A DNA stretch of 64,000 nt, taken from assembly GCA_030700025.1 (NCBI GenBank), contig JAUYKI010000010.1:16648-80647 (forward strand), given 5' to 3'. Every line of letters starts with the position of its first letter. The stretch's first letter is position 1. Made by a program: the position numbers and the translations under genes. The stretch comes from a bacterium (GTDB taxonomy: Bacteria > Patescibacteriota > Minisyncoccia > UBA6257 > 02-FULL-45-10c). Below are positions 29,726 to 37,185 of this stretch, piece after piece. Under the pieces are notes generated by a model. It saw only the letters and a program-made list of their open reading frames with translations. It ran no database searches and was not told where the DNA came from.

Positions 29726-30745
29726 ATGCATAAAATCACATCTTTCATAATCGCTGAAACCGTCAAGGCCAAGCGAGGCAAGGAAGCGCCGGTCGCGGCG
29801 CCGGTTAAAAGCGCTCCGCATTATTTTGAGAAAACCGTTCCTTCCCAGTTTATTTTAAAACAAGAAACGGCGACTTTAGACAGCGCCTCCATTGAACTGG
29901 TAGCTAAAACTTATCCGCCGGATATTATTTTGGTGGAAGGCACCATTGAGGTGCCGGATGTTTTTGCCGAGGGAACTTTGGAATTGAAAGATAAACTGCT
30001 GGCGGCTTGCTATGAGTTCGCCAAAAAAAACGGCGCCAAAGAAGAACCGGCGGAAGAATATACCGTTTACCAAGTTTATGGCTACCCGGGCGACCCCGAA
30101 GCGATTCTGAAAGAAAGTGGAAAGAAAATGGCGGGTCTGCTGAAATCGGAAAAATTAGAGCTGGACGAAAATGAAGTAAAATATACGCTTTCTTTCCAGT
30201 TAAAATACGCTAAAGACGATTTGGCGATTGTGGATTGGGACGGCGCGTTTTTATTTGACCGGGAAGGGGAATTCGGAGAAACTATTGAATTATTGGAATT
30301 AGCGAACTTCCAGCTGCTCCGCTATCGGATTTTAGACCATGATTTAGACGACCGTTTGCAAAAAATTTCCAAGCTTACCCAGCAGGAAGGCAGCAGCCGG
30401 TGGTTCCGGACCAAAGAAGTGGCGCAAGCGTTCAAAGAAGTGATTAAAGTACGCTCCCAGTCTATTTCAGAATTTGAAGCGCTGGACCGGGACATTAAGC
30501 TAATCGGCGACTGGTATTCGGCCCGGCTTTATGAATTAATGTTTAAAAAATTCCGGATGGACGCCTGGTCTCTGACCATTAAAGAAAAACTGGAGTCTTT
30601 GGAAGACTCTTACGATATCGTGTCGGAGAACCTGGGAATGTCCCGGATGCAACTTTTGGAATTCATCCAAATCGGCGCTTTCTTTATTTTGCAAATCGGC
30701 TGGTTTGCCCTTATTATTCTTGAATTTTTCTATTTTACGCGATAA
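29726..30745 (+). CDS. Conserved hypothetical protein (RMD1/DUF155-like, C-terminal TM)
   Basis: VDWDGAF, LELANFQLL, IGDWYSARLY motifs. Confidence 0.6.
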   Translation: MHKITSFIIAETVKAKRGKEAPVAAPVKSAPHYFEKTVPSQFILKQETATLDSASIELVAKTYPPDIILVEGTIEVPDVFAEGTLELKDKLLAACYEFAKKNGAKEEPAEEYTVYQVYGYPGDPEAILKESGKKMAGLLKSEKLELDENEVKYTLSFQLKYAKDDLAIVDWDGAFLFDREGEFGETIELLELANFQLLRYRILDHDLDDRLQKISKLTQQEGSSRWFRTKEVAQAFKEVIKVRSQSISEFEALDRDIKLIGDWYSARLYELMFKKFRMDAWSLTIKEKLESLEDSYDIVSENLGMSRMQLLEFIQIGAFFILQIGWFALIILEFFYFTR

Positions 30746-30878
30746 TCTGATTACGACTAAACCAATCGAAAATTAATTTTCGATTGGTCGCCCGATCAAA
30801 TTTATAATATAAATTTGATTTAGGGGCCTATGGTATAGTGGCAGAATGCGGCATTCGTCCCGATGTATAAATTTTGAA

Positions 30879-31151
30879 ATGTTCTATACATATATTTTAA
30901 AATCATATAAAGAAGGTTCCTATTACATAGGTAGTTGTGAGAATGTAGACAAAAGATTACGATTACACAATCAAGGTTTTGTGACATCAACTAAACGATA
31001 TAAGCCATGGCAATTAGTATATAGTGAGAAGTTTGATAATTTAATTGGCGCGCGACGTCGAGAAGCTCAGATAAAATCGTTGAAGAAAAGAAGCGCGGTA
31101 GAAAAACTGATAAGAACATTTCAAAATTTATACATCGTGGATCCGCGATAA
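30879..31151 (+). CDS. GIY-YIG nuclease family protein
   Basis: FYTYILKS..YYIGS..RL..HN..STK.YKPW.LVY.E..ARRRE.QIK. Confidence 0.9.
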   Translation: MFYTYILKSYKEGSYYIGSCENVDKRLRLHNQGFVTSTKRYKPWQLVYSEKFDNLIGARRREAQIKSLKKRSAVEKLIRTFQNLYIVDPR

Positions 31152-31158
31152 CTTTGGT

Positions 31159-31229
31159 GGGCTCATAGTAAAGTGGTATTACGCAGCATTCGCATTGCTG
31201 AGGCTCGGGTTCGATTCCCGATGGGTCCA
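31159..31229 (+). tRNA. tRNA-Ala(CGC), intact inner copy
   Basis: GGGCTCA/TGGGTCC with G3.U70, CAGCA-TTCGCAT-TGCTG, TCGGG-TTCGATT-CCCGA. Confidence 0.93.
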
Positions 31230-31273
31230 CATGAGTCCACCAAAGTTATCGGGACATTGCCAAGGCGCGAGTT

Positions 31274-31335
31274 TCCCGACTTTCATTAAAGCTACCGAAA
31301 GAAGTCGAGGATCCTCGATGGCTTTGCCATCGGGA
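31274..31335. mobile_element. Minimal TCCCGA-family bipartite element in the T-loop of the outer tRNA-Ala
   Basis: TCCCGA-hairpin-TCGAGGATCCTCGA-hairpin-TCGGGA. Confidence 0.75.
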
Positions 31336-31524
31336 CGATTCCGCCTAGGTCCACCACAAACGAATACGCCACCCGGGTGGCGTATTGAATTTGACAAATA
31401 ATTACTAAGGGTGTATTATATGAAATAATTCCTATCTGTATGGATAGGTCGCTCCGCAAGGGGTCAGGCGGTAAGAATCCTGCCGCAACTTAGGGTTCAC
31501 AGCACATTGAAAAGGAGGTGCCGT

Positions 31525-32019
31525 ATGGCACGCCCAAGCGAAGAGACAGAGTTTGTAATTCGACAAGGTCCCTCGAAGCTTGACCTGATACTTGCCCTGT
31601 TTGACACCGACATGGGTATAAGAACCGTGAGGTTCCAGGAGGCCAGTCCAGGGTCCGTAAAATACTATCAAGATTGGTTGGTTCAGATCGTTTCCGTAAG
31701 GAGACGGCATACTGCGACAACTTGGGAAATTGAAGGGATCGTGGAAACGAGCGGCGAAAGAGAGCGAGTTTCAATCTACTATTGTACTGCGACGCGCGAA
31801 GGTCGTATGAGGTTCGTGGAGAACCTCCAAATCAACGACAGCGTAGAAGCGTCAAATGACGCCAAGAGGGCATCAGCTCTCATGACCGTCATTGAAAGAA
31901 TGGTGTCCAGCCATAGCTCGGAGATTCACTGCCGGTTTTTCCAACTTTTCGAAAAAGCGAAGCTCATCTCTCGCGCCAAAGATTCCATTTCCCTTGCCGA
32001 AGCGATTAGGGACATCTGA
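31525..32019 (+). CDS. Hypothetical protein
   Basis: AAGGAGGT SD; TTGACA promoter at about 31391; downstream hairpin. Confidence 0.7.
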   Translation: MARPSEETEFVIRQGPSKLDLILALFDTDMGIRTVRFQEASPGSVKYYQDWLVQIVSVRRRHTATTWEIEGIVETSGERERVSIYYCTATREGRMRFVENLQINDSVEASNDAKRASALMTVIERMVSSHSSEIHCRFFQLFEKAKLISRAKDSISLAEAIRDI

Positions 32020-32142
32020 AACAACAAACTTTAACTCAAGCCCCGCGTGGAAAAAATTCTGCGTGGGGCTCTCATTTTTATATTCACATAAACTGCCCTA
32101 AAGCAGTTTTTTATTTTACCGAAAATATTCTAAAATAAACTC

Positions 32143-32712
32143 ATGGATGAATTTCAGCTTTTCGCGCAACCGTGGTGGGTTAATCTTTTGGTTCTGGTTC
32201 CGTTTTTAGCTTATTATTTCTGGCGGAAAAACTCGCTGGAAATTCCTAAATTTATTTTGGTGGTTTCCGCCGTGTTCGGAATTGCTTTTGGATTTGTAGA
32301 AGCAGCCGTAGTAGTTTATCTGCGGGGCGCGGTCGGACTGCTCACCGATTACGCTGGCGCGGATATTTACCAGCAAGCCCAGATTCTCGGCGAACTGCCG
32401 AAAAACTTATGGGTAATAGAATTTTTCCGGGAAGTAGCGACCATAGTAATGCTGGTGAGCATTGCTTTATTGGCCGTAAAATCTTTACGGGAACGATGGG
32501 CAATATTCCTTTGGGTTTTCGCCTGGTGGGATATTTTTTACTATGCCGGCTTACGGGCGACCGTGCGCTGGCCGTCGTCATTATTAAGCCCTGATGTTTT
32601 ATTTCTAATTCCGGTTCCGTGGTTTTCCCAGGTCTGGTTTCCAATCCTCGTCAGCGCCCTTACCATTGGAGCGGTGATTCTAACCACAAAATCCGGCGAA
32701 AAAAATCCATAG
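32143..32712 (+). CDS. Conserved membrane protein
   Basis: EAAVVVYLR, REVATIVML, WDIFYY, DVLFLIPVPW motifs. Confidence 0.7.
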   Translation: MDEFQLFAQPWWVNLLVLVPFLAYYFWRKNSLEIPKFILVVSAVFGIAFGFVEAAVVVYLRGAVGLLTDYAGADIYQQAQILGELPKNLWVIEFFREVATIVMLVSIALLAVKSLRERWAIFLWVFAWWDIFYYAGLRATVRWPSSLLSPDVLFLIPVPWFSQVWFPILVSALTIGAVILTTKSGEKNP

Positions 32713-32732
32713 CTTAATTCCCGCCTATCTTA

Positions 32733-33296
32733 ATGGAAAACAGCCAAAAGTTAAGTAATCTATTAAATGATAATCTCTCAAAAAATGAGGTTTATCTTGA
32801 AGCGCTTCGCATTATTAGAAAAAATAGCAACGGCGCAATATGGCTCATCGGCAGCGGAGTTTATAAAACTCTTTTAAATCTGCTATATAACAATCATTAT
32901 GTCATCAAGGATTGGGATTTTATTGTAGAAAAAATAACCACGCCGCTTAAGCTGGAAAATGGCTGGGTAGCCGGAGAAACCAAACATGGCAATCCTAAAC
33001 TAAAAAAAGATGGCTTAGTTATGGATTTAATTGCGCTGAATAATATACACAGCATCACAAAAAGAGGCTTGGAGCCGGATATAAAACACTATCTCAGCGG
33101 CGTGCCCCTAACCATACAATCTATTGCTTTTAACGTAGATCAAAAAATACTTATAGGCGAAGCGGGAATAGAAAGTCTACTTAATAAAACAATAGGGATT
33201 AATAATCTTGATGAATATACCTACGCTGAAAGCATTTATGGCGATCGCTATACCACTCAACATTTCGCCAGCGTTTTGGGGTTTCAAAAAATATAA
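32733..33296 (+). CDS. Stand-alone nucleotidyltransferase head domain (PAP/CCA-like, divergent)
   Basis: WLIGSGV..KDWDF, DLI, PLTIQSIAF. Confidence 0.55.
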   Translation: MENSQKLSNLLNDNLSKNEVYLEALRIIRKNSNGAIWLIGSGVYKTLLNLLYNNHYVIKDWDFIVEKITTPLKLENGWVAGETKHGNPKLKKDGLVMDLIALNNIHSITKRGLEPDIKHYLSGVPLTIQSIAFNVDQKILIGEAGIESLLNKTIGINNLDEYTYAESIYGDRYTTQHFASVLGFQKI

Positions 33297-33332
33297 TTGT
33301 TATAACTAAAAACTGCCCCCAAGGGGCAGTTT

Positions 33333-34274
33333 TTACTTTTCAATCTTTTCGCTCAGTTGCCGGAAGGACCCTTTGCCATAAGTTTTTTCTACCAGCCGGG
33401 CTATTGGCAAAAGCCGGCCGGTTAAAACTGCTTTCGCGAATAAATCAAAAACTTCTTCCTCCGATTGAAAATCAGGCTGATTTTTTTCATACAATTCCGC
33501 GATTAATTTTTGTAAGTGCCGCCTCTCTTCCGGATAACTATAAAAATGCAGAACCGCTTTTGCTTGTCCGCCTTGTTCAGCAAAAGAAATAAAAGCCACA
33601 TCGCCAATCGAACGGATTAAGTCAATTTTTTCCACTTCATTTACTTCTCCCAAGTCTTTTTGGAGAACCGGCAAGTTTTTAAGCGTTTCTCGGCAAAACC
33701 GCCTGGTCAGCTCTTCCACAATCGCTTCATCCGCGTCTTTAAAATGCGCTTCTTTTTTATCACCGGTTTTATAAAGCTTAAATCCTTCCCGCCGCGGACG
33801 CACAAACTTCGGCCGGCCTTCTTTTGTGGTCGCTTCTACCGATTGGAAAGAATTCAAATGCAGTAATTCATGGACTAATCCTTTGGCAAAAGCCAAATTA
33901 GGCTTAGTCTTCGCGGCATTAAACCAAATGCTCTGCAAAGCGGCATAATAATGCCCGCCGACATTTTCTCCGAAATATTGTTCCGGCAAAATATGGACTT
34001 TGTCTTCGGAAATAACCAGCGGCTGTCCGCCATAGCGCTCCAAAAATTTCGGCAGTTCTTGATTAATAAAATCAATAACCATTCTCTGCTCCAGCGTTTT
34101 TTCCAGCTCTCCTTCTTTTTGTTCCTGTTCTTGATCAAAAAGAAATCCGCCCAATGCCAGAGCTTCCTGTTCCTTATCTTCTTCCAAGCCTACTATCCGG
34201 ACCAATCCGGATTTTCTGTCCCACTTAATTTCCGGGCTGGCTTCGGGCGGTTGTCTTTTAGGAAACTTTTCCAT
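33333..34274 (-). CDS. HEXXH-containing hypothetical protein
   Basis: LVHELLH, DEAIVE; MEKFPK N-terminus. Confidence 0.65.
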   Translation of the reverse strand: MEKFPKRQPPEASPEIKWDRKSGLVRIVGLEEDKEQEALALGGFLFDQEQEQKEGELEKTLEQRMVIDFINQELPKFLERYGGQPLVISEDKVHILPEQYFGENVGGHYYAALQSIWFNAAKTKPNLAFAKGLVHELLHLNSFQSVEATTKEGRPKFVRPRREGFKLYKTGDKKEAHFKDADEAIVEELTRRFCRETLKNLPVLQKDLGEVNEVEKIDLIRSIGDVAFISFAEQGGQAKAVLHFYSYPEERRHLQKLIAELYEKNQPDFQSEEEVFDLFAKAVLTGRLLPIARLVEKTYGKGSFRQLSEKIEK

Positions 34275-34403
34275 CCCTCACCCTTGAAGGGCCTAACGCG
34301 TTTCCGCGTTTTTGTTTCAAGATTAATTTAAGATTAAGCTCAATCGACATTTTAAATAATAAACTAATTATGGGCAATCTCACAGCCCTTCCAAGGTGAG
34401 GGA
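34274..34403. mobile_element. TCCCTCAC-family element filling the whole intergenic space
   Basis: TCCCTCACCCTTGAAGGGC...GCCCTTCCAAGGTGAGGGA. Confidence 0.75.
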
Positions 34404-35297
34404 TTAATTTCGTCTACGGCCGTGAAATGCCCTATGGACTTCCCGCAATTCTTTATTAGTTAAATGAGTGTAAACCTGGGTGGTGGCAATATTGCTGTGG
34501 CCAAGCATTTCCTGCACCGCCCGCAAATCCGCGCCGTTTACCAGCAAATCCGTGGCAAACTGGTGGCGGAGCTGATGCGGAGTAATTTTTTTGGTAATGC
34601 CCGCTTTCCGCCGGTAAAACTCCACCAGGCGCTGAACCGAGCGCGGAGTAATTTTTCCGATAATTTTCGGATTTGGCCCCTTTGATAAACTAACGAACAT
34701 GACTCCTTCGGCATCACCGCGTTTCGCCAGATAATTTTTCAAAGCGGTTCGGGCGCGATCCGAAATAAACACTATCCGCAATTTTTCGCCCTTGCCCCGG
34801 ACCGTAATTTCTCCGCGGTCCAAATTAAGATAACGGTCTAATTTGCAAAGCTCCGAAAGCCGGAGTCCGGTAGAAAATAAAGTTTCTAAAATCGCTTTGT
34901 CCCGCAAGCCCCGCAAATTATCTGTTTTGGGAGAATTTAAAAATCTTTCCAAATCCGCGTATTCCACAATTTCAATCTGCCGGCGGGGAATTTTCGGAAG
35001 TTCAATTTTATCCGGCGACAAAACTTCGTAATCTTTTTTAATCAGATATTTTAAAAAGTTCCGGATAGCAATTACGTAAAAAGACTGGGTAATTCTTTTT
35101 AACGGCTTGCCGCGCGCCAACTGAAGGCGGAATTGAATGACTTTTTCCGCGGTAATTTCTTCCGGCTTTTTAACTTTTGCGAAAGCTAAAAACGCCTTTA
35201 AATAACGCTCATAATTTTCCCGGGTTTTAATAGAGCGGTTTTTTTCCACTTCTAAATAATCCAGATAGTTTTGCAAAGCATCTTGAACGCTAGCCAT
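34404..35297 (-). CDS. xerC: XerC/XerD-type tyrosine recombinase
   Basis: TGLRLSEL, GKG.K.R, TPHQLRH.FAT.LL, LGHSNIATTQVY. Confidence 0.85.
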   Translation of the reverse strand: MASVQDALQNYLDYLEVEKNRSIKTRENYERYLKAFLAFAKVKKPEEITAEKVIQFRLQLARGKPLKRITQSFYVIAIRNFLKYLIKKDYEVLSPDKIELPKIPRRQIEIVEYADLERFLNSPKTDNLRGLRDKAILETLFSTGLRLSELCKLDRYLNLDRGEITVRGKGEKLRIVFISDRARTALKNYLAKRGDAEGVMFVSLSKGPNPKIIGKITPRSVQRLVEFYRRKAGITKKITPHQLRHQFATDLLVNGADLRAVQEMLGHSNIATTQVYTHLTNKELREVHRAFHGRRRN

Positions 35298-35342
35298 GCC
35301 TTTATTATAACCTGTCGCACAATATTTTTTAACCACGCAAAA

Positions 35343-35478
35343 TCCCTCACTTTTGAAGCACCGAAACGTCCAGGCGATTTCCTTAGAGGACACTAATCAT
35401 TTACAAGTAGGGTCTGGAGTTAGAAAACAACGTAGTAAGACAAACGCTTAAAAATCGCAGCGCTTCAAGAGTGAGGGA
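35343..35478. mobile_element. TCCCTCAC-family element upstream of xer
   Basis: TCCCTCACTTTTGAAGC...GCTTCAAGAGTGAGGGA. Confidence 0.75.
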
Positions 35479-35493
35479 CAAATAAAAAACCAC

Positions 35494-35811
35494 CTAAAAG
35501 GTGGCTACTACTCTTACCTGGCTTTCAACCAAGTCATAAATTTCTTTCACTTCTGGACTTCCATCAAGGCCCCGATGGGTCATTGATCGATCCTTATCAA
35601 CATAGGAAAATCCGAAACAGCTGATACTTCCGACAAAAATACTAAGAGTGAAGTAGGTGCCGGCATCCGGTCCCACGAACCGAATCGCCCGATTCAAAAC
35701 AAAATGCTGAAGGCCGTTATCCGCGAAATACTGGTCCGGGCCTACTTTCTGCCATTTCAATTTCTTGGTCCGCGTTAACTGAATCGCCGAGTTCAGTAGC
35801 CGTGTGTGCAC
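35494..35811 (-). CDS. Hypothetical protein
   Basis: AAGGAGG SD, GTG start. Confidence 0.6.
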   Translation of the reverse strand: MHTRLLNSAIQLTRTKKLKWQKVGPDQYFADNGLQHFVLNRAIRFVGPDAGTYFTLSIFVGSISCFGFSYVDKDRSMTHRGLDGSPEVKEIYDLVESQVRVVATF

Positions 35812-35873
35812 GTTGCTGGTTTCCTCCTTGGTTTTTAGATTCTAAATCCGATTTGGTTCGTATCCTGCCCTCC

Positions 35874-36119
35874 CTAGGAACTTAGATAATACGCCAAACT
35901 TGAACACTTGTCAACTGAATTAATTTTTCTAATCCCGTGATGTTTATAAGCATAGCTTCCGAAAAGCCATAAAAGCCTCAAACTGCACAAAGCGCTGGGG
36001 ATAAAAAACCACCAGGATTTAAAAAATACTCCGGTAATCGCGAAAAAAGTGGTCCATCCCAGCCAAAAAAGCATTAACCGGCCGATGCCAACCGATTCAT
36101 TCCGTTCTTCTTGAGTCAT
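35874..36119 (-). CDS. Small membrane protein
   Basis: GGAGGAG SD, two TMs. Confidence 0.55.
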   Translation of the reverse strand: MTQEERNESVGIGRLMLFWLGWTTFFAITGVFFKSWWFFIPSALCSLRLLWLFGSYAYKHHGIRKINSVDKCSSLAYYLSS

Positions 36120-36227
36120 TTCGCTCCTCCGCTACTGTCAAAAAGCTATAAATTATATATCACGGATAAAGCCCCAAAACAAGAACCCTGCTTGTAATTT
36201 TTTTTAAATTAGACTATAATAGATACC

Positions 36228-36494
36228 ATGTTAACTAAAAGGCAAAAACTCAATATCGTAAAAGAACACGGCCGGCACGAAACCGATACCGGCTCAACCG
36301 AATCCCAAGTCGGACTTTTGACCAAGCGAATTGAGGAATTAACTGCTCACCTGAAAAAACACCGCAAGGATAATCTGTCCCGGCGCGGGCTTTTACAAAT
36401 GGTCGGAAAAAGAAAAAAATTATTGGACTACCTTTCTAAAAAACAGCCGAAGGCTTACAGCGCGGTTATTAAAAAGTTAGGATTAAAAAAATAA
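36228..36494 (+). CDS. rpsO: 30S ribosomal protein S15
   Basis: DTGSTESQV, HLKKHRKD, RRGLL.MVGKR. Confidence 0.97.
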   Translation: MLTKRQKLNIVKEHGRHETDTGSTESQVGLLTKRIEELTAHLKKHRKDNLSRRGLLQMVGKRKKLLDYLSKKQPKAYSAVIKKLGLKK

Positions 36495-36500
36495 CAAAGC

Positions 36501-36598
36501 TGAAATACTAATATACTAATTCATACTAATATTCGTATGTGCCTATTCGTTAAGGCATTCGCATACTATTATTCGCATGCATTCGTATATTGGCATTA
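36501..36598. repeat. TACTAAT/ATTCGTAT periodic repeat element
   Basis: Near-identical to 11010-11113. Confidence 0.85.
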
Positions 36599-36613
36599 CA
36601 GAATAGCTAATTA

Positions 36614-37117
36614 ATGAAACGAAAGGATCAGCGGGTGGGAATCTTTATTGATATCCAGAATCTTTACCACTCCGCCAAAAATTTATACCATTCCCGAGTT
36701 AACTACAAAGAACTTCTGAAAGAACTGGTAGACGGACGGCCGCTTATTAACGCCATGGCCTACGTTGTAAAGTCTGAAGCTACTGCGGAAGCGGCTTTTT
36801 TTGACGCCTTGAAAAAAAGCGGATTGGAATTACGCAGTAAAGAACTTCAAATTTTTCCAGGGGGGATGAAAAAAGCCGATTGGGACGTCGGCATGGCGGT
36901 AGACGCCATCCGAATGTCCGATCCGCTGGACGTCGTAATCTTAGTAACTGGCGACGGAGACTTTATTCCATTAGTAGAATTTTTAAAATGGGGCAAAGGA
37001 CGGACGGTAGAGGTGGCAGCTTTCAGTCGGAGCGCTTCGGCCAAGTTAAAAGAAGCGGCGGATGAATTTATTGATATAGACAAATTGCCGAGAGTTTTAT
37101 TAAGAATTAGAGAATAA
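36614..37117 (+). CDS. NYN domain protein (LabA/DUF88)
   Basis: FIDIQNL, KADWDVG, VTGDGDF. Confidence 0.9.
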   Translation: MKRKDQRVGIFIDIQNLYHSAKNLYHSRVNYKELLKELVDGRPLINAMAYVVKSEATAEAAFFDALKKSGLELRSKELQIFPGGMKKADWDVGMAVDAIRMSDPLDVVILVTGDGDFIPLVEFLKWGKGRTVEVAAFSRSASAKLKEAADEFIDIDKLPRVLLRIRE

Positions 37118-37185
37118 CCCTTCGGCAAGCTCAGGACAAGCTCCTTCAACAGACTCAAAATAATAATAAAAATATAAAAAATAAA

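Larger units (their letters stand above)
30858..31254. mobile_element. TCCCGA-family bipartite element carrying a GIY-YIG gene and tRNA-Ala
   Basis: Ends TCCCGAT/ATCGGGA; 25-bp IR around the ORF; about 20-bp IR around the tRNA. Confidence 0.8.
30824..31356 (+). pseudogene. Outer tRNA-Ala(CGC) split into three pieces (30824-30857, 31255-31273, 31336-31356)
   Basis: GGGCCTA/TAGGTCC-A-CCA with G3.U70; joined anticodon loop TTCG|CAT; joined T-loop GTT|CGATT; degenerate T-stem. Confidence 0.82.

Noticed and set aside
30858-31254. Group I intron at position 35/36 of tRNA-Ala
   Set aside because: The 5' exon ends in G rather than U, the insert ends in A rather than G, no P7 core is recognisable, and the insert is made of long inverted repeats.
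35298-35393. Longer xer N-terminus
   Set aside because: It runs into a TCCCTCAC element; TATAAT 6 nt before the ATG at 35297 suggests a leaderless start there.
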